From: Algoriphagus sp.
GTDB taxonomy: Bacteria; Bacteroidota; Bacteroidia; Cytophagales; Cyclobacteriaceae
NCBI RefSeq assembly: GCF_029254265.1
Contig: NZ_JAQWXX010000048.1
Span: 27,256-91,255 of the forward strand
Direction of reading: 5' to 3'
DNA length: 64,000 bases
Made by a program: the position numbers and the translations under genes. Shown here piece after piece: positions 59,893 through 64,000 of this stretch. Position 1 is the first letter of the stretch. Each line of letters begins with the position of its first letter. The notes beneath the pieces are model-generated. The model ran no database searches, was not told the origin of the DNA, and was given only the letters and a program-made list of their open reading frames with translations.

Positions 59893-60807
59893 TTAATTCT
59901 TTATATCAACATTTCTATATGCGGCAATTAGAGCTTTTTCACCTTCTATACCTGGACCAGCATTGCCATGCTCCATACCCATCACTCCCTTGAATCCTTT
60001 TTCATGAATAAATTTAAAGACATTCTCAAAATTGATTTCTCCGGTGCCTGGCTCTTTTCGTCCAGGATTATCACCGATTTGGATGTAAGCTATTTCATCC
60101 CAGGTTTTATCCATAGTAGCAATCAAATTCCCCTCATTCCGCTGCATATGATAAATATCATACAGAATCTTACAACTTGGACTAGCCACCGCTTTACAAA
60201 TCATATGACTTTGATCAGCATGTCTCAGGAAAAGCTCCGGAGTGTCACTCAGTGGCTCCAGTACCATAACGAGTCCATGTGGCTCAAAAATCTCTGCGCC
60301 CCTTCTAAGCGCCTCTATTACATGCCCAGTTTGAATACCAATAGGTAAACTACGGTCAAAGAATCCAGGCACCACAGTCATCCATTTAGCATTGACTCGC
60401 TTGGCTGCCTCAACTGATTGGCGGCAAGTAGCGAGAAAAGTATCTATAAACTCTTGCTTCCCAGTGGTAAGAGATATTTTCCAATTATCTCCGCCGTCTA
60501 CTACAAAAACACCCATCCTCATACCTAACTCGGAGAGCATGTTCCCAATTTTAGTCTGATCCTCAACAGATCTTTTCAGCAGGCCATTATCCTCTAAGGA
60601 CCTAAATCCCTGATCAGCCATAAATCTCAACTCATCAAAAATTCCTCCTGGAGCTGAGTTTTTGAACATTCCAAAATGTGGAGCAAAGTCCATATTAAAT
60701 GTAGGTTCGGCACTATTCCTCGCAAACGAAGAAAAACTTGTGGCACCGGAAACTCCTAAAACAGTCCCACCCAATCCAATTTTCTTTATAAATCCTCTTC
60801 TTTTCAT
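59893..60807 (-). CDS. Tat-exported xylose-isomerase-like TIM barrel (hydroxypyruvate isomerase family)
   Basis: KRRGF signal; LEPL, LYDIYHMQ, GDNPGRKEPGTGEIN and GMEH. Confidence 0.88.
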   Translation of the reverse strand: MKRRGFIKKIGLGGTVLGVSGATSFSSFARNSAEPTFNMDFAPHFGMFKNSAPGGIFDELRFMADQGFRSLEDNGLLKRSVEDQTKIGNMLSELGMRMGVFVVDGGDNWKISLTTGKQEFIDTFLATCRQSVEAAKRVNAKWMTVVPGFFDRSLPIGIQTGHVIEALRRGAEIFEPHGLVMVLEPLSDTPELFLRHADQSHMICKAVASPSCKILYDIYHMQRNEGNLIATMDKTWDEIAYIQIGDNPGRKEPGTGEINFENVFKFIHEKGFKGVMGMEHGNAGPGIEGEKALIAAYRNVDIKN

Positions 60808-60810
60808 GAT

Positions 60811-62124
60811 CTAGATCACTTTAGTTTTTCCTGGAATCGCATGTGGGTAATAGCCATCAGGACCTGGTAAAATTTTTGGCATCGCATCCCAGGCCAATTT
60901 CTCAGGGAAAAGATCCACAGAGCCATTTAAAGCTTCATCCCATGTCAATGGTTTTCCAGAGTAGGTGGCATAACGTCCCATAATGGAGGTCATCGTACTT
61001 TTAGCAGCATTCTCTGCATCTGCAAATTTATATTCACCTTTGAAAAGCGTAGCCCATAGCTCGTCATGCTCTTGTTGATACGGGTTGGGCTGATTGTCTC
61101 TTGAGTGATTGTAAAGTTCCTTCCCCTTCCAATCCGTCAATATTCCGTGGTTTCCTGCACTTAGATAAGCCCGACCATTAGTGCCCTGGAATGTCTCGTC
61201 TACCCGATTGGCAGCTCCCGGAAAATGGCGGCACTCGCTGTGTATGACAGAGCCGTCTTCGTAAGTAAATGATACCACGTGGTGATCGAAGATTTCTCCA
61301 TTCTCCTTCCCAGTTCTCACTAATCTTCCTCCTGTCCCTTCAGCTTTTACAGGATATCCTTTCTTAACCCAATTAGCTACATCAATATTATGCACATGCT
61401 GCTCAGTGATATGATCTCCGCATAGCCAATTGAAATAATACCAGTTACGCATTTGATATTCCATTTCAGTCTGACCTGGCTGACGCTCTCTTACCCAGAC
61501 ACCGCCATCATTCCAGTACACTTGACCACCGGTAATTTCACCTATTGCCCCGTCATGGATCTTGGCGATAGTGTCCCGATAATTATTCTGATAATGGCGC
61601 TGCAGGCCCACCACTACATTAAGCTTTTTAGCCTTTGCCTCCTCAGCAGCTTTCAATATTCTCCGGATACCAGCTGCATCCGTAGCTACTGGTTTTTCCA
61701 TAAATATCTGCTTGCCTTGCTTGACAGCTTCTTCAAAATGCATCGGTCTAAAACCTGGAGGTGTAGCCAAAATCACCACATCAGCAGCTGCAATTGCTTC
61801 TTTGTAACCCTCAAATCCCACTAATTTCATTTCCTCCGGAACAGCTACTTTATCTGCACCATATTTTTCTAAAATCAACTTATGGCTATTATCTAATCGG
61901 TCTCTAAAAGCATCTGCCATTGCAACCAGCTTGATTGGATGACCAGTTTCCATTGCCTGAAATACAGCACCAGTTCCTCTTCCGCCACATCCTATGACGG
62001 CAAGTTTGAGTTCATTCACAGGAGCCGCGTATGCGCCTGGAAGAACAAATGGGGATGCAAGAACTCCACCGGTCACCAAGGCTCCGGTTTTGATAAAGTC
62101 TCTACGGGAATTAGAGTTTTTCAT
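60811..62124 (-). CDS. Tat-exported Gfo/Idh/MocA oxidoreductase
   Basis: SRRDFIK signal; IGCGGRG, EKP and EQHVHNID. Confidence 0.92.
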   Translation of the reverse strand: MKNSNSRRDFIKTGALVTGGVLASPFVLPGAYAAPVNELKLAVIGCGGRGTGAVFQAMETGHPIKLVAMADAFRDRLDNSHKLILEKYGADKVAVPEEMKLVGFEGYKEAIAAADVVILATPPGFRPMHFEEAVKQGKQIFMEKPVATDAAGIRRILKAAEEAKAKKLNVVVGLQRHYQNNYRDTIAKIHDGAIGEITGGQVYWNDGGVWVRERQPGQTEMEYQMRNWYYFNWLCGDHITEQHVHNIDVANWVKKGYPVKAEGTGGRLVRTGKENGEIFDHHVVSFTYEDGSVIHSECRHFPGAANRVDETFQGTNGRAYLSAGNHGILTDWKGKELYNHSRDNQPNPYQQEHDELWATLFKGEYKFADAENAAKSTMTSIMGRYATYSGKPLTWDEALNGSVDLFPEKLAWDAMPKILPGPDGYYPHAIPGKTKVI

Positions 62125-62142
62125 AATTGGGTTATTTTAGGT

Positions 62143-63123
62143 TTAATAATCAGTTATTGGGCTTGCTGTATAATAGTTTTTAATTAATTCTGGTGAAGGT
62201 GGATTGAGCGGTCTAACTATTCTAATCCCCAAAAAGGGAGCTTCTGGAAACCACCATTGGCTTTTTGGTATTTGTGGATCAATTCGCTTCCAGTCCGGAG
62301 AGGTTTGAAAACGCTTTGTAGCGCTAAGCTCATCTGCTGCTGTAGCAAAACTTCCTCCTCTTACCACTCTAGAATAGAGTCTGACTGGAGGATTCTGAGG
62401 GTTTAGAGAATTTGATTTTTTATAAAATTCAGGATCATACAAATCATATGTCCATTCCAAAACATTCCCATAGATATCATAAAGACCCCAAGGATTTGGC
62501 TTTTTGGTTCCGATTTTCTGAGTAGATTCTTTTGAATTTTCTTTGATCCAAGCATAATCTATTAGTTTACTTGGATCATCTCCAAAGAAAAACCTAGAAT
62601 TGGAACCTGCTTTTGCTGCATATTCCCATTCAGCCTCAGTCGGGAGTCTATAGAAAATCCCGGTCTTCAGGTAGAGCCAATGGCAATACTGAATGGCTCC
62701 ATACTGGGTCATACCAACTGCAGGTTTACCTTCCTTACCCATTCCAAAAGTCATATCCAGATATGGCAAACTTGGTCTACTTAATCCATCCACAATCTCT
62801 CCTATCGGCTCCTCAGAGATAGCTAATTCATAGTTTTTGTCCAAAAAAAGCTCGAAAGCTTCCCAAGTGACTTCATGGGTTCCCATCCAAAAGGAATCTA
62901 ATTTTACTTTATGAGCAGGTTTTTCATCCTGGTTATTAGAATTATCATTCCCCATTAGAAACTCACCTTCTGGGATAGGAGTCATTTCAAAAGTCACTTG
63001 AGTCCCAGGTATTTTTTGGGTGTACGCTTCAAAAAGAGAATCCCTATTTGAAATGAAACTGACCAGATAGCCAGCAAAACCCAAGAATCCCAGGAAAATA
63101 AAAGTTCTTTGAAAAGTACTCAT
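62143..63123 (-). CDS. FGE/SUMF1-domain protein lacking the catalytic cysteines
   Basis: FLMG, RLPTEAEWEYA, NPWGLYDIYGNV and RGGSF, with no CxxxxC after RGGS. Confidence 0.88.
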   Translation of the reverse strand: MSTFQRTFIFLGFLGFAGYLVSFISNRDSLFEAYTQKIPGTQVTFEMTPIPEGEFLMGNDNSNNQDEKPAHKVKLDSFWMGTHEVTWEAFELFLDKNYELAISEEPIGEIVDGLSRPSLPYLDMTFGMGKEGKPAVGMTQYGAIQYCHWLYLKTGIFYRLPTEAEWEYAAKAGSNSRFFFGDDPSKLIDYAWIKENSKESTQKIGTKKPNPWGLYDIYGNVLEWTYDLYDPEFYKKSNSLNPQNPPVRLYSRVVRGGSFATAADELSATKRFQTSPDWKRIDPQIPKSQWWFPEAPFLGIRIVRPLNPPSPELIKNYYTASPITDY

Positions 63124-63190
63124 ATGTTTAATAGGTAATTGAAATACAATTAGATGCTAAGAAATATTATCCAGATTTATAGAACGGGAT

Positions 63191-63856
63191 TTATAATCGG
63201 TTCACAACTTCTTTTTTTGGTATTCGAATAGACCACATTCCCCTTAAATCACCAATTTGGTGACCTTTGGCTTTATCATTTGGGTAGATTGAATCTATCT
63301 TTTGAAGCGTTTTGGAATCTATTTCCTTACTTGGGTCGCCATGACAACTCAGACAAAAGGCACCGGGAATTACGATAGCTTTAGTATATAACAATACGTC
63401 ACCATTCTCTATCTTTTGAATACTAGGTTCGCTCTTGATCCCGTTTTCCGCATTGTATTCATAGGCTTCCAGAAGTGGCTGTTCGTCTTCGTTGGGTTGA
63501 TCTGCAGGGTTGCGGTATCGATTTGAAGCCCTACGAATACTAACGTTATATTTTTCGGCAACTTCATTCAGAAGTGAAGTGGCATTGACATTACAAAATT
63601 CAACTGCACCGTCTACTCCCTTATCAGCGATTGCTTTTTGCAGATTGGATATCAATTGGACTTGCGCTTCAGTGGCAATCGAATCTCCCCAGACCATTGC
63701 TTCCTGCACAATTTCAAAATCTGAAAGTTTTTTTACTTCCATTTTCTCATTTACTGCCTCAAATACCTCTTTTGAAACTCGCTCCTGAGGGCCACAGGAA
63801 CAAATTAAGAGTGCAGGAATAATCAGTTTTACTAATACTTTCATTTTTCTTTTCAT
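63191..63856 (-). CDS. DUF3365 (Tll0287-like) c-type heme lipoprotein
   Basis: Lipobox CSC; RNP.NQP, CLSCHG heme motif and GDLRGMWSI. Confidence 0.88.
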   Translation of the reverse strand: MKRKMKVLVKLIIPALLICSCGPQERVSKEVFEAVNEKMEVKKLSDFEIVQEAMVWGDSIATEAQVQLISNLQKAIADKGVDGAVEFCNVNATSLLNEVAEKYNVSIRRASNRYRNPADQPNEDEQPLLEAYEYNAENGIKSEPSIQKIENGDVLLYTKAIVIPGAFCLSCHGDPSKEIDSKTLQKIDSIYPNDKAKGHQIGDLRGMWSIRIPKKEVVNRL

Positions 63857-64000
63857 TTCTATTCTTCTAAAGCTACAAATCTCGGATCAAAATAGAAATC
63901 CAGAATGAGCCTTTTAAACAAGCTATATCAAGATACCACTTTGACAACTAGCAAAATCACGTATTTTTGTTTTAAATCCCTGAATCTAAAGAATGCGAAA

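Noticed and set aside
62143-63123. FGE-domain protein as the maturase of the two Cys-type sulfatases
   Set aside because: It lacks the catalytic Cys pair after RGGS and lies about 30 kb away in a different operon.

Overview
64-kb window from a Bacteroidota chromosome. Gene content, TAnnTTTG promoters and A-rich starts without Shine-Dalgarno sites suggest a Cytophagales/Cyclobacteriaceae (Algoriphagus-like) organism; this is inference. Most of it is housekeeping or metabolic: pheS, kmo-kynU-nbaC, prmC, an RsmB-like methylase, guaB, coaX, an ABC-F, def, rlmN, two rhomboids, mutL, a GH3/serine-hydrolase fusion, bshA, csaA, two sulfatases, a GH29 fucosidase, a TonB receptor and Tat-exported oxidoreductases. 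I found no rRNA, tRNA, CRISPR array, integrase or transposase. The accessory signals are: (1) a 5.4-kb acsA-pdhA-pdhB-E2-ACP cassette with no E3, bracketed by two 50-bp copies of a PLP-dehydratase 3' end that differ only at synonymous sites; (2) an adjacent second insertion of two AT-rich genes between duplicated terminators; (3) a ~90-bp element in two copies, each lodged at a start codon between ATGAAA direct repeats, which turns the upstream ATG into a short uORF; (4) an AT-rich lipoprotein-M23 peptidase locus with candidate immunity genes, an upstream (ATA)9 tract, a nonsense pseudogene and a multi-stem structured element; (5) a solo HisA paralog with its catalytic Asp replaced by Trp. All alignments, counts and coordinates were done by eye and need computational confirmation.
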